A stretch of 63,565 nucleotides of DNA, filler included, from Reticulomyxa filosa (taxonomy: Eukaryota; Protista; Foraminifera), in NCBI GenBank assembly GCA_000512085.1. It is 17 parts of 17 records of this genome, joined end to end, with 100 filler letters (N's around TTAATTAATTAA, not from the genome) between each part and the next. Parts side by side here need not be neighbours in the genome. Positions count along the whole stretch, not along the records: positions 4,730 to 26,734 come from ASPP01006716.1; 16 more parts are not named here. One strand, 5' to 3'. This document shows, piece after piece, positions 11,847 to 25,660 of this stretch (positions are counted from its first letter, which is position 1; every line of letters starts with the position of its first letter). The notes beneath the pieces were generated by a model, which saw only the letters and a list, made by a program, of their open reading frames with translations, did no database searches and had not been told where the DNA came from. The position numbers and the translations under genes were made by a program.

Positions 11847-14800
11847 TCAAAGGACACATGTTCTCATTTGTTCCATCCTTTTGACAATAACAGACGGATT
11901 CTCTTCTGCCAGGGACTCTGAAATTTGTTTTTGGACTGCAAAATCTAATAAAGGATACTGCTCGCACAAATCGCCGTCCACAACCTGTTTGCTTGGAAAA
12001 TAATAAGAGCGATAGGCCATATGGTCCCTGCCACACAATGGAGGCAAGTGTTGACGCATGTTCATTTCCAACGAATTAAAAAATTCGACATTCTAACAAG
12101 CATAAAGAAGTAATACAAAGCGAAATAAATAAATTGATAAGAAGGATAAAAAAATAAAAGAGTGTGCACACGTATGAACACAACTGTTTTGGTTTTGAAT
12201 GGAACTAATACACCCAATGAACCCATCAGCGTGGAATAAACTATGACTTCTTCTCCTTGAGGCATCAAGCGGCATTTTACAACGGAGGTTATCATTTCCC
12301 CAACATGAAATTGGCAAATATCCGTCAACTTTTTAGGTGCAGCATTGAGATAACTGATAAATTTATTTTGCGCCATTGTTGTTTCATCTGTCTCGTCATC
12401 CTTCAGATCTAATCGACACAAGTTGATATTTCCAAATCGATCTCCGATACACAAGGTATCGTAGTCCAAGGATGTCGCGCAAATTACATGTTTTGAAATG
12501 ACATTATCGGCATACACGGAAATTGAATGTGCATTTTCACGGTATACAGCGTAATAAAAGCCGGCACACATATCACCGACATAGATACGGTTTCGATCTA
12601 CAAACAATTTATTGATCATTTGAGAAAAGTTCTGTAGAGTGATAAAAAAAAAACCAAACAAATCAATCCGATAATAAAGAAAAAAATATTGCATTTGTTT
12701 GCTCTCTTTTTTTCCTCATATTTTCTTCTCTTATATTTGAACTTTGTTTTCGCATTTTTTCAGCAATTGCTTTTTTCCGATATCATATAGTCTCAAGATT
12801 CGACCGATTCCTGCGAGTAATTTTCCTTGGTACGGACAAAATGCCAATGGAATCTCGTGTACACTTGTTTTGTGTATTAACTCCAGTTTTTTGGATTTGA
12901 CAAAGCGATATACATTGATATGTGCGGCACTAATGTGCTTTGGAAACAATTGATAATCCATAGCTGTGCCGACTACTAATAAATACTCTTGTCCGAATTT
13001 TGAAAACTGTACCAATGCCATACTAAATGCTGCTTCGTTATCTTCAAATTCGAAAATTGAGACTGTTCGTCGCTTTGGGGATTAAACAAGCGTATGCAAC
13101 TACCCCACTTGCCATCACCAGGTCGTGGAACACCTTGACGTAGTAATATTGTTTTAATTATGGTCAATGTATGTATTTTGTTTTTTTAGTTAAAAAAAAA
13201 AACAAACATAAATAAGAGATACAAACACCAAATCAAAAAAACAGGATTGACTATTAACCTACAAAAGTCTCGTCCAATTTTCCTGTTTTCGTTTCATTTT
13301 CATCTCCTTCCAATTTTTCATTTCCATCTTCATTCATGGAAAGATCATTTGTCTCGGTGGCATTACCACCACTGTTGCCATCTTTCATGGCCATATCATT
13401 AGTGTCTGTTTCTTCGATAGCACGTTGCAGCTCTCTGCGCTGGGCATATGTGTAGGCCTTGTGATCACTTTCGATGATAATCAAGTGTTTAGTCTGAGGA
13501 TGAACAACAAGTTTGCGCGGAGTATAACGCAAGGGATAAATGAATTGATTGAATGACTCACCCAAATTTTCTAACACTAAGATGCGCAATGTCTTTCGTG
13601 CAATGCTCACCAATCCTTCTGGACATTGGCCACTACTGAAGTAAGACAGCATATCCAAATGTTCACAGCTCAATGGAACAGTGAGCAAACGCGATTGATA
13701 CGAATATGTCACCCACGTGCGTGAAGACAAGGCTACAACGGCATTTTCGCCGCGTATGAAGGCAGTGCACAATCGGACAGCTCGTGAGCCCAGAAGTCGC
13801 TCTCGCTTGTCGCTGATATTTCCGCTGTTGGGATCGATCATTAGCCGAATCACTGATCCAATTTGCATTCCAACAAACAGGAACAGCCTGATCAAGATAA
13901 AAGCAAAACAACACAAAATTCATATGATAAAAGACCAGATATGAATGATCGATACTTGAAACAAACAAAAGCAATGTCATTGATTGTTTTATGTTGTTAA
14001 CTTGGAGGAATGAATATCGGCCGACGTTTGCAAGTATTGAAATAACACCGAAGAGGGTTTTCCTTGCGGCCCTTCTCCAGGCAATATTTGTGTGGTTTTC
14101 AATTCCAATGGCGAGTTAGGATCCAATGACAAAATGCGAACAGTGTTGTCATTCAAAGCAACTCCAAGCCACCGAGCACGGTTCGTTCCTGTGGACAAAG
14201 GAGCTACGGCCAAATCAATGACATCTTTGTTCATTTCTTTGCGAGTCAATTCCAACAAATTGTCGTAATTGTCCAATTCAAAGCTAACAATCATTCCTCC
14301 AGTCAATGAAATTACCACTTGACGTTGGTTTGTGGTACAATTTAATATCTTTTTATTTGCCGGCGGCTGCCACTCTTTCACACGCACTCCAGGATAAATC
14401 AATCTGTTTTGATGTATTGTGTTATGTTGTATCTTTTTCAAAACAAAATCAAATGTAAACACCGGTAACCTGAGGCCCTTGGAATATACTTGCAAGAAAA
14501 TATTGTCACCGAGCAGAGCGACATGTACAGTAGCAGTATCATTGAGAAATCCAGTTCCAGTAACCTCTTCAACGCTTTCTCCGATCGATAACACCATGGT
14601 GCTATCGACAAAAGATAGCACAATATATTTATGAAACTCATCTTTTGCATTCTCATGGACGACCCATATTCCTCTTGTCTGTCCAGGTACGGGTGCTGAT
14701 GCCATTTCCGTCACTGGCAGTCCATGTTTCAATATTCGCAGCGTCGAGCGTGATCCTCGTCCACATAGACAGTACAATTGGGGCGTTTCTTCTCCTGTTT

Positions 14801-16455
14801 TTTATTTTTATAATTGTTGTTGTGCATTAATGTTGTTCACATTGTGCACTGACCTTTTTTTTTCTTCCTCTCTTACTTCTCTTCTCAATAAATAAACAAC
14901 AAAGAAATAAAGAATAAAACCAACCAAGCAATTCATCCACCAACATATCAGTAATTGGGGCCAATGAATACATTTCGTCAGTGTGTTTAAGGTTTCGAAG
15001 AGGTCGAGGGTTAAAATACTCAAATGTCTTAGTATCGCGTTTGCTCTCGATGGAGTCATCATCTTCGCCAATACCAGTGAAAGTGAATAAATAATGATTG
15101 CTGAATTCACTGGCCAAAAACAGATATCCCGATTTCAACACACACATGGCACTAGCCACTGGCGTGGTATCAAAGTATTTAACAATAACGTCGTGCACTT
15201 CGTCGCCTTGATAGTTTAAACTGACTTTGTACAAATCGCCCATTTCCGATTGCAATAAAAAGAAAAACAAGTCTTTTTGTTTGTGAGTGGCATGACTGGT
15301 GATCAACAATGTTTGCTCTTCGACATAACCGTACCGTCGTGGAAGCATTACACGAATGGGGTCATTCTCAGAGTCCATGCTATGATAGATTATCCAATTC
15401 TCCGCACACACCAATACACCTCCAGGACCATCATCGCCTCCTGGCACTGGTATCAACAGATTTGCTCCTGAATCCACCTTATTATTGTTTACAATTGTAT
15501 TAAACATGTGTACGTGTGAATGTTAATGCGTGAATATAATAAGGGGATAAACAAACAAATAAAGCAGTTGCAAAACTTCTTCGGCAGATTTCCTGCTCAC
15601 ATGATTCAATCCTAAATCCAACTCGTAATAAGTAAGTAACTTATGAGCGTTGACATCCGCTGTCATGTCTTCTTGCAATTCTCTTTCCACGTCTTCGTAG
15701 TCTATCTCCAAACATGCGAACATTGGATTGTCAAATCCAACGTCAATTCCACACATGTCGAACACAATGGTATTGGATTTGTGCGCTTCCAACGGCGAGG
15801 AGATTAGTAATTTGGCGTTACTATCGCGGTTCAAAATGTACACAAACTTGGACTGTTCCACTGCTCCGATCATCACTGCACGTCCGTGGGGATCCGTTGC
15901 AATGTATTGTCCCGGCACTATGCGACGACATCCCGACTTTCCATACGTTTCTTCGTGAATTTTAGTGAACAAGTTTTTCTCGGGATTGTATTGCAAAATT
16001 ACTACTTTTCCACTGTCGCTGCCAACGATTATGTAGTCAATCGTTCCTCCTATTGTTCACAAATCTTTGTGCTTTCATTTTTTTTGTCCTCTTTTTTTTT
16101 CTTTTGCGAATTTTTATCCTTATGATACTCGCTCTACTTCTTTTCACACTTGTACCTGTAAGACGAAAAGCTTGCAAAGAGCGAATTACACCGAAACATT
16201 CCCATGCGAGTACAGATACTATTCGGCCAGATTCATCATCAGGACGTAGCAATTCCAAAATTTTACCGCGTGATATTATTATTTCTTGAGCACGTGAGGA
16301 AGAGAAATTGCCATAAATCTAAAAAAGAAAAATAATTCGCACCTCGTCGGACTTACCTGTTTCTCATAAATAAAAACTTACCGCATTTGTGATGGCACCA
16401 GTATTCTGAAGTGTTAAATTATAAAAAAAGTGTCACCATGAGTTTCAGCAGTCAT
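11847..16455 (-). CDS. SF3B3: Splicing factor 3B subunit 3 (SAP130/Rse1), many short introns
   Basis: YNLTLQ N-terminus, [79 protein letters not shown] and [23 protein letters not shown] at the C-terminus; stop at 11847. A one-base T-run error at ~16423-16429 breaks the first exon. Confidence 0.97.
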
Positions 16456-16978
16456 ATCGTTCCTTAATTTTGCTTCTTTATTTCCCTCCCCCTTAATTCA
16501 AATGAATTTTCTTACTGACTTCAAAACTAATTTTCTCTTTGGTTCGACAAAATAGATTGCAAATATTTGAAAAAATTTACAAGATTTTTGAAATTCAGAA
16601 TTTCTGATATCCATATATAAACAGAAATCTCCAACCACAGCAAGGAATCTTTACTTACATTGCTAAACAACAAAAGAGACAAACCAATTAACACATACTG
16701 CGGAAAAGAGCAGCTTCCTTTGTTGTAACCTTTCAACACATGTTAAATGGCACACAATCGTACAAAATGACGACAAAATGTCATTCTTTCCAGTCCCAAT
16801 TTTTGAACTTACTACAATAAAAAAACAAGGAAAAAATAGAAAAGCAAGCAAAAAAAACAAAAACAAATTGCCACAATAAAATATGGCGAATTTGATGTAT
16901 ATAAATTGTATGTGGCCATTTAGATTCTTTGATCTTGTTATTTTTGTTTTGTTTTTTTTCATGTTCATTTCTAAGAAA

Positions 16979-19900
16979 TCACTGCTTATTATTCCGCATA
17001 AAATTGTCGTTTAACAAATCAATCAATCGTTCGACATTTAATGTGACCATTTCCAATTGATATCGAGTGCTGTGATCATCTTTCATTTCTAAGAGTTTAC
17101 TGAATGACAATTGAAACGGTTCTGGAAATGGACTAATTTTGGCACCAAAACCGACTTTATATTTGACTTCCACCTGAAATTCGTCTGGATTTTCTCCACG
17201 AGAAAAATAATATATCAAATTATTAAAGTTTGCTCGAGTTCTTTTAATAACTTCCTCATCAACATCTACAATCACGTTCAAAGCCAGCAGTTTTTGATGA
17301 GTAAATTTGACAGCTTTTTTTTTTGTTTTCTTTTCCTTTTGAGATCCACTCACTCCTCGCTTGTCATTTTCCATAATATTGTTCAAGTATTGTTGATACG
17401 CCTCTAATTTGCTTCCTAAATAGTTTGCGTGATCAGTTATGGTATCACGTGCTTTTTCCACGGCCTCTACTTTTTGATGGAATCTATCCACTCTTCGTTT
17501 CATGTCCCTAACTTCATTTACGTATACCAATAGGAAATTATTGAACGCACTAGTGTCATTGCTGCTGCCATTTTGTGATTGTATGTTTTTGGCAATTCCT
17601 TGAATAGCTTTGTCACAGTCTTGCATAATTTGGTATTTTCCATGGTTTTTTGCCCACTCTTTTACTTGCTGAATTATTGTATTTTCACCTTGTGTTTCAA
17701 CAAAAAATAAATAAATAAATAATGAAAATATAAACTTGGAGATAAGCTCTCAAAGAGCTTCGAAATTGGTCCATGAATATTTCTGGAACACTTTCATTCA
17801 ATAAAATACTCTTAATTTTTTCACGCACTTGTTTAATTGTAGGATCCTTCGTTCCAAAATTGGCAAAAAAGTCTTTTACTAAATTTGCTTTGTCCTGTTC
17901 TTTAAAGTCTTTGTCATCAACCACTGCCAATCGAATGTTAATCGTGTGGTTGTCCGCATGTTTCACTGGCTCAGGAGCACTACCAAGCGGAACTAATATC
18001 TTCAGGACTGGATCATCAAGGTTGTTCGTAGGATTCCAATCTTTACGATGTTTTAACAATAAACGATGAACCAAAAATATTTGATTAAAACTAATTTGGA
18101 TGGCTTCGTCTCGTTTTTTTGTGTGTTCTAATAAGTTATCCACATCCATTCGGTCTGACAATTGATCAACGTCAATTAATCGAGCAAAATACGTCTGAAT
18201 ATCTTCTCGATGCTTTTCTACCCAAGGAGACAAGGCTTGCATGTATTGATCACGGAATTCGACACCATTCGACAAAATTTGTAAGATTTTAGCAACCTAT
18301 GTAAAATCCATTTTTGTTGTTTGATTTGTCCACACATTGCAAATAGGAATGACAAAAAACCTCAAATTCATTTAATCGCTTATGCTTTTTTTTTTCCTCC
18401 CTCAAACAGTATATGATATCTCTAATTGGAATTTTCTTGCCTTTCCTTCTGAAATTGAAGAGATACGCAATGTGGGCAAGCAAAGAGGGGAGAAGGTCGT
18501 TCTTAAAAAAAAATTAAATAAACAAATAAATGTTAATATAAGAGATTATAGAAATTTACAGTAATTGGTGAGTTGTATTACCAGAATCAGATTTCTTCTC
18601 ATGACTTTGGATAATTTTTTCTCAACAAAATGCACCGATTCTGGAGTGACAATGACAGGATTAAAGAATCGCAGATAGATATATCCACCAACTAATCCAC
18701 CAATTTGATATCTATCTGCATCTGGGAACCTTTTTTGTGCCATTTCCGCAAGTTGGCGACAAATCCATCGAATTCCGAACGGCACTTGATCTACGGTTTC
18801 AATGATGCGCGACAAGAAATGCTCTGCGATATACTCTAACTGTTTCACACGAGGAGGAATTAATCTCTTTACAAATTTGTCTTGGGCGGCCTCTTCTGCT
18901 GTCGGATTACGCACTCCATCCCAAGGCTTATTCATTTTTGACTCATAGCTGGCTATAATTTGTTGGTGCACCTATTAAAGCGTTTCATTTTATTGTTTTT
19001 TCGGTTTTACTTTGTTCTGTCCATTGATCGTAATCGTGTTTGATTTTTTTTTTTTGCTACAACAAAAAAAAAGGGGGATTGGAAAGAGGGAGGTTATTGG
19101 AGAAAAAAGATTTTTTCACAAAAAGGATGCACAATGCTGGAAATGTTTAAGAATTAACTTCAACAGGGTTAATTTCTAAATTCAGTGAGTTTTGTTGCAC
19201 CATTTCACGAATGGGTTTCTCCAGGATGTCTCTTAACACACCCAATCCTTGACCTCGACGGGCATAAGCAGACAACATTTGTGTGATAGCGGTGTTGGCG
19301 CGCATGAACGAACCAATGTCGTCCGCTTCATCAAACGATTTTTGTAAAACTGTTTGAAATAATATCAACAGCAATCGCTCCTCACGGTTATCGTACTGAT
19401 CACCATACATATCAAACACCACTGTTTTCACAAAATCGCTCACGTCTTTCGTTTCCACATGGTGTGCCAAACACGCCAAGTATTTTGGTTCTTTTTGTAA
19501 TACATGCAACAGTTTTTCATATTGTCCCTTTTTACCTTCCAATGGCCCTGAGCTCTGAAGTTGCTTTCTTTGTTGGATTATTCCCCCTGTCATTTCATCT
19601 AACTGCATTCACAAAGTGCCCCCACGCAACATCAAAATAATTTTATTTTTCTTACAAAAAAAAACATTCAAACTACGTATAATTTTTCTTAGTTTGGGTG
19701 TAGAGAAGAAGAAAGTTAAAATTAGAAACACAAAAAAAAATAAAGTTCACAGGGGCATTTTTTTTAATTAAAAAAAGTTTGCAAGAAGAGAGGGCTCGTT
19801 TTAGAAATAAATGTCTACCTGCGTAATGGAAATCATATTTTGAATGAAACGTTGAATTTGTTTGTCTAATACTGCCAAACTCTTTTCTAATTCAAAATTG

Positions 19901-20340
19901 CGCTTTGATGCTGGAGCGATCTCTTCTCGTAACTTTTGAATTTTCTTTTGATCTGTTCATTTTTTTATTTGTTTTTTCTTCCAATAATAACTTAAAAAAA
20001 TGTCATATTAAAAAAGTTCCCCCTTTTTTTCCTTCAAAGATAACCTTTTTCTAATCTCTTTTCCAGTTCGCTTTGATCGTAGGATAATTCTTCTTTGCAT
20101 TCCACCAAATCTACTCTTTGTTCTGCTAATATTTGGGCCGCATTCTGTTCCGTAGTTTTCTCTTCTGATTCCTTTTGGGAAACATAAGCCTTATTATCGA
20201 CTATGAGTTTTGATGTTGTTCGCCGTGACAAGGTCACAGTTGATGGTCGCAGCAGTCCTGGTGTACCGTTGGACTTTCCCGTGTCCTCCGGGGTCTGTTC
20301 CTCTTCAACGCCTAGCGACGACAGTTTGGCTGGTAATTCG
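16979..20340 (-). CDS. RasGAP-domain protein of the IQGAP/GAPA (Dictyostelium RgaA, S. pombe Sar1/Gap1) type; multi-exon
   Basis: LLHVLQKEPKYLA, FDMYGDQYDNREERLLL, MRANTAITQMLSAYARRG, LNLEINP, VPFGIRWICR and GGYIYLRFFNPVIVTPE, plus a RasGAP_C-like tail (FTHQKLLALNVI...VTLNVERLIDLLN). The start exon lies upstream of 20340 and was not pinned down. Confidence 0.88.
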
Positions 20341-21671
20341 CTTGTTCAAATTGTAATGGGATAAAAAATTAAACCAATTCTATGAGAGTACGGGGAAGTC
20401 TTTAAAAAAAACAACTACAGTTTTGTGGTAGCAGCTTCTATTTATTTCAATTGTTAATTCAATTTTCTCTTATTTGTATAATCGATCATAACAAAGTTAT
20501 TACAGACATTTTTTTACCTTGTTATCTAAAAATGAATTATTATTTAACATTTTAAGAACAATTCAAAAAGCATCAAAAGTAAAAAATAAATTAATTTAAA
20601 CGTGTTATAGTGTTTTTAAGGAATTCACACAAAGAATTTGCTGATCAATTGATCTGACCAACAAAAAGTCATAAAAAAACAATTTTTGAATTGATCAATT
20701 AAATATATAAAATGATGGAATCGACTATGACTCTGTGTCCGTAGTGCATTATACTACATGCGAATGCTCATAGGAATTGTAAAAAAAATACATTATTCGG
20801 AATATAAAGTATATGAATTGTATGCATTTGTTATTACTAGATTTATTATAATGTTGCTTATACAATTCACTTGTTTTAAATCACTTTAATGATTAAAGGG
20901 CATTACATATGGAAAAAAAGTCAACAATGAACATAATTGTAGTTTTTACCTTAATAATAATAAAAACACCACATTCAAAAAATAGCAGTTTCCAACAAAG
21001 AAATCAGTCATAAAGTTTTAAATTAAAAACAATCCAAAAATTTTATGTGCATAGAAACAAATTAAAAAAAAATAACGAAATATTGCCTCAAAAAAAAAGT
21101 AGAATAAAATGTTTGCTTTTCGTGAGAAAATCGAGTATCTACTGCAGTTATAATTTTATCTGTTATAGTTTTCATTTATCACACACTAGAATTTCTTTAT
21201 CAAAATCTTTTCTGAATATTTTTTTAATAAACTAATAATTGTAATTTAATTTGACTGATGTATAATTTTGACAAAGCAAATTATGCAAATGTGAAACTTT
21301 GAAATTGAAAAGCATTAGAAAGAGTTGTATGGCAAATATAGTCGAAAGGAACTTTATTGCGACAAAAATGTCATCAAAATGAAAATATTATACATCCCAC
21401 TCTGATCTCCTAGGTAGGTATGCTACTTAAAAAAAAGCAAAACAAAATGGCTTTACAAAAAAAAGTATCCATGCGTTTACATGTTGTTTTCTTGCATGTT
21501 GACAGCTAAAAAAAAAATAGAACTGTAAAGAAAAATGATGGCAGTGTATGTGGAAAATCGAGAAAGGACGATTAAAAAAAAAATACTATAAATCTTACAT
21601 GTGACAAATCCGGTATGGGGTTTGTGTGTGAGAATTGAAGAAAAAGCTACAACTTTGTTTTATAATAATAA

Positions 21672-22351
21672 ATGTCAAAGTCATATGATGGTACAATTGA
21701 AATCGCTGCTTTGCTTTGGCTGTCAGTGACATATTTGGTATTGTCTCCGTTGGCTTGTATCAAATAAAGCGTTACTATGACAATCGAAAGACCTCCTTTC
21801 TCCGCGGAAGACAGCCATCTTTGAGTATTTTGTGGTTTTTTTCGATATTGTTCTATAACATAGGTAGTGAGTGAGTTTGTGTTTTCCACGTTAGCGCAGT
21901 GCAATAAAGCGAAGCAAAGAAAATAAAGAGACAATAAAAAAATAAAATGAACAAACAAACAAACAACAGCGATAGTAACATTGCAAGCCTTTGACGAAGT
22001 GATATATGGAAATGAGCGAAATGAAAACATGGTGATGGAGATAGCAGCTGTGGTGATAATAGCATGCATCGCATTGTATCGATTATGGCATATACTGTTT
22101 GCATACAAGTATCATAGAGCCTCTGCGAAGCAAGTGTGGATACAGACATTGAGCAACAATGAAAAGTATTCGTTTTATTTGGAGTATCAGAATACGTTGG
22201 GGGACATCAAAACGACCTTTTCAATCATGGTTGTGGTCATACTTGTCATTATCGGCGCTTGCACGTAGTGTCCTAATGAACCACGAACAACAATTTTTTT
22301 TTTTTTTTTTTTTCATTTTGTTTGGTTTGTCTGCATATTTTATTTAAAAAA

Positions 22352-22398
<47 letters not shown>

Positions 22399-23737
22399 GA
22401 TATCTAACGGTAATGAAACAGCAAATGATCGTAGATGGACTGGTTGTGATAATATGCGCAGTTCTGATAATCGCCAAGATCCAAATAACGTATAAAATCT
22501 CGAGTGTCCATGATGTAATATACGTCCGCGAAGAAACGGTGTTGCATTTGCTGTTTCTCACATTGGCGTTTGCCAGTTACTTTGTGCTGAGCTTCATGGC
22601 AGACTTGAACGTGCTGGTCAAGACAAAGTGGATCAACTGGCTGCGCGTGATCATCCCCGCCTTATTTTTGTATGGCAATATCTTTGTAGGCACGTACTGG
22701 GTAATGAAGCATCAATACAAAATGCAAAAGTTGAAAATCGTTCACTCCTCCATACGAATTAAATTGGATAGTCACATTTCTTCCAAGCCTGTGTTCAGCG
22801 AGTCTGCCAAAAACCAGCTTTCAGTGTTATCTCCGCGATCGCACATGGCCATTAGTCCGACTATTCACATTACCACTCCTGTTACTATCAATACCGATGC
22901 AAATACAAATACAAATGCAAATGCAAATGCAAATGCAAATGCAAATGTGAATACAAATATAAATATAAATACAAATACAAATACAAATGGAAATGTCGGT
23001 GGGAACATGACAATGCATACGATAACGAGTAATATCGCCATGATTCCTCTCGACTCACTACATGACCCCGCTCGTCTGAACAAGATGCTCGATTCGTCGA
23101 CCTCTGGAGACCCCACGTCCTCACCTCTCACTCTGGTCACTGCCAAAGACAAGATTTCCGAGTTCGAAATGAAACACAACGACGCCGACGATACGGCCAG
23201 CGACGAGTCGAGCATCAACCAGGAGATGAATCCCGAAATTACGAGCGGAGACAAAACCACACACATCAACGTGGACGCGACCATGCACGCATCGGAGGCC
23301 GAGGTCGTGTCGTTGCAATCACTTGCGGCGGCGATGCACAGCCAAAACAGACAGCTCGACCACAGTGACGTGCCCATGGACAGTCAGAATCGACTGAACA
23401 AGCTCCAATTGGGAGAAAACTTTAAAAAGATTGTCAACGACTTGAAACCAGAAAAGTTTTCGTTTCGGCAGCACGAAGTCGACGTCACACAGCAGTATCA
23501 GCTGCGCGACATTATCAAAGATAGAAACGGCTTTGAAGTGTTTATGGACTTTTTAGTCAAGTTTTGATCTTTGTCTTTGTCTTTGTCTTTCTAGGTTATC
23601 AATAGAGCTAGTTTTGTTTATGATGTAATCACAATAGAGAGAGTTCCTCTGAAAACTTATTATATTTGGTCGAGTGTTATCAACTTAAGCATAACATTTG
23701 CAGTCTTTAGTTTGGCTAAAAAAAAATATATATATAT

Positions 23738-23791
<54 letters not shown>

Positions 23792-25263
23792 GTATGTATG
23801 TACATTGAATAGTCCTAATACACTTGCGAAAACGAATTTGGAAGAACTCCCGGAAGGACTACCGATCTCACGATTGATTGAACACAATCCATTGGTGGGA
23901 ATCCGCTATTTGGCGCTGTTTGAAAAGTATATCGACGACGGACGCTACAGTCGACCAGCGCCGTCTCAAATAAACATCGGATCGGACCACCACCAAAAGT
24001 GCTGCGAGACATACGTGAAGATAGCGAGCTATTACGGAGTGGAGCTCGAAGTGGAAAGAGAGCCCGCGGAGCCTTCCGTTCTGGCGACGGTCGGTAAGCA
24101 CGAGCGAGGGAAGGACGCAGGTGCCAGTGACGTGCACATGGCAACCAACTTGGCGGGTATCAATGAAGTCGCGATCAACGCAGTATCGCTATCGCAGTTG
24201 GACTTCCACTCGTTGTCCCAGCTGCCTCCTGCGTTGTCGAGTCCGGTCGCCTCCGCCACGCAGAGTCCTACTGCGCTTGGTGTGACGCACGACTTTAAGA
24301 CGGAGCCGAACAACAAGGAAGAAAAGAAAAGCATTGTCATGTTGGGTCCTCATCATTTATCCAACAACGTCAATGAGACGCCTCGATCGGTATTACCTTA
24401 CGTTCGAGAGGGGGTCTATGCGACCTACACGGGCAAGAGTCCGCGAATCACTGACAGTCGACTTTTTTCGACGCACTCTAATCCTGTCATCGAGGGATCT
24501 ATGATTCCAAACACTGCCAAAAAGCTCTCTGTCAATGACGCCACCACCGCCGCCGCCGCCGCCGCCACTGCCGTCGTCGTCAGTACTGGTGGTGTTGGAC
24601 ATCAAAATGCCATCAGTGTCACTGAAATCAATAATGAGACGTGGCTGTCTCCGACATTACACGATGTCACGCCCAAGATCGATCGCGAACTTCCTTCCAC
24701 CATTCACGAAACGCCTTTACACAAAACCGATACCAGTACCGATTTAAATGACAAACAGCCTCTTCCGTGGTCCTTGCATCAACAGCAGTTTTCACAGACT
24801 CAATCTCAGACCGAAACCGCAAAAACTGCACACACGCTTGCACCTGTTGCTGATCAACAGAGGTCCATCAGCATCTTCTTTGCTGGCAAAACGAGGCTTT
24901 CCGGAATTCATGCTTTTCGTAGAGCCAGTCAGTTCCCTAAAAAAATTGCCATTTCACGAAAGCTGGCCATTGATTTCCATGCCAATAAAATACGAAAGGA
25001 AGAAGTTGGGCTGCAATTAATCGATGAAATAGTCATGGCTATTGATGGCAGTCTTCTTGATGTTCACACCAATTTAAGGGACTCTTTCTTGCGCTTTATC
25101 AAAACTCAGGTTTGGAAATTCTTTTTTTTTTTTTTTTTTCATTCGTGTTTCAGTGAAATGATCCAATTATTTCAATTGATGTTTCCTCCCTCCCTCCTCC
25201 TGCTTTTAGTTGTTCGCCAAGTGGATTGAAGCTCATGCAGATAGCCAAGCCCAGAAAGTGTAA
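21672..25263 (+). CDS. Seven-transmembrane protein fused to a C-terminal RGS domain (7TM-RGS); 5 introns
   Basis: Seven hydrophobic segments between 21700 and 22705. RGS motifs follow: LRDIIKDRNGFEVFMDFLVKESSSENLLYLVECYQLK, LFEKYI...APSQINI and NLRDSFLRFIKTQLF. Introns at ~21863-21969, 22265-22399, 23561-~23637, 23710-23812 and 25110-25209. One frameshift at ~21761. Confidence 0.8.
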
Positions 25264-25660
25264 AAGAAAATTGTCATTTCATTGGATAGCAAATTTTTCG
25301 TTGTAAGAAATTGAGGGGAGGAATTTTTTTTTCCAAAGTTTTGTTTCTCTGAAACCCAAATATTTTTTTAATAGTTTGTTGGATGTTTTTTTTCTTGATC
25401 AAGTTCTCTCTTTAACCTTTTTTTGTACTTAAAGAGATACTTACGATAAATTGCTTCAATTTTGTTTCTAACAACAAAAAATCAGGATCAGTGTCAACAA
25501 CAAAAATGTTTGCTCTTTTGACACGTGGATACTGACACTGTCAAAAAAAAACGTTATGTGTATGAGCCCAAGACCTTTACGCAACCGCTCTGCAGTTTTA
25601 GTTTAGACAGAAAGTCTTTTCTCAAAAAAAAAAAAAAAGGGTCTGCAGAAAAGGTAAAAG

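Noticed and set aside
20700-20780. Slightly GC-richer island in the RasGAP/7TM-RGS intergenic region, a possible snoRNA or tRNA
   Set aside because: No proper C/D boxes, H/ACA hairpins or cloverleaf could be built by eye.
21755-21770. AAA-TAA at the frameshift in the 7TM-RGS gene (and TTA-TAA in SF3B3 exon 1), resembling Euplotes-type programmed frameshifting
   Set aside because: The RGS case needs -1/+2, not the usual +1. In SF3B3, fixing the T-run restores the conserved YNLTLQ. Similar indels occur in the bacterial contigs (~640, ~57200), so a shared sequencing error is the simplest explanation.
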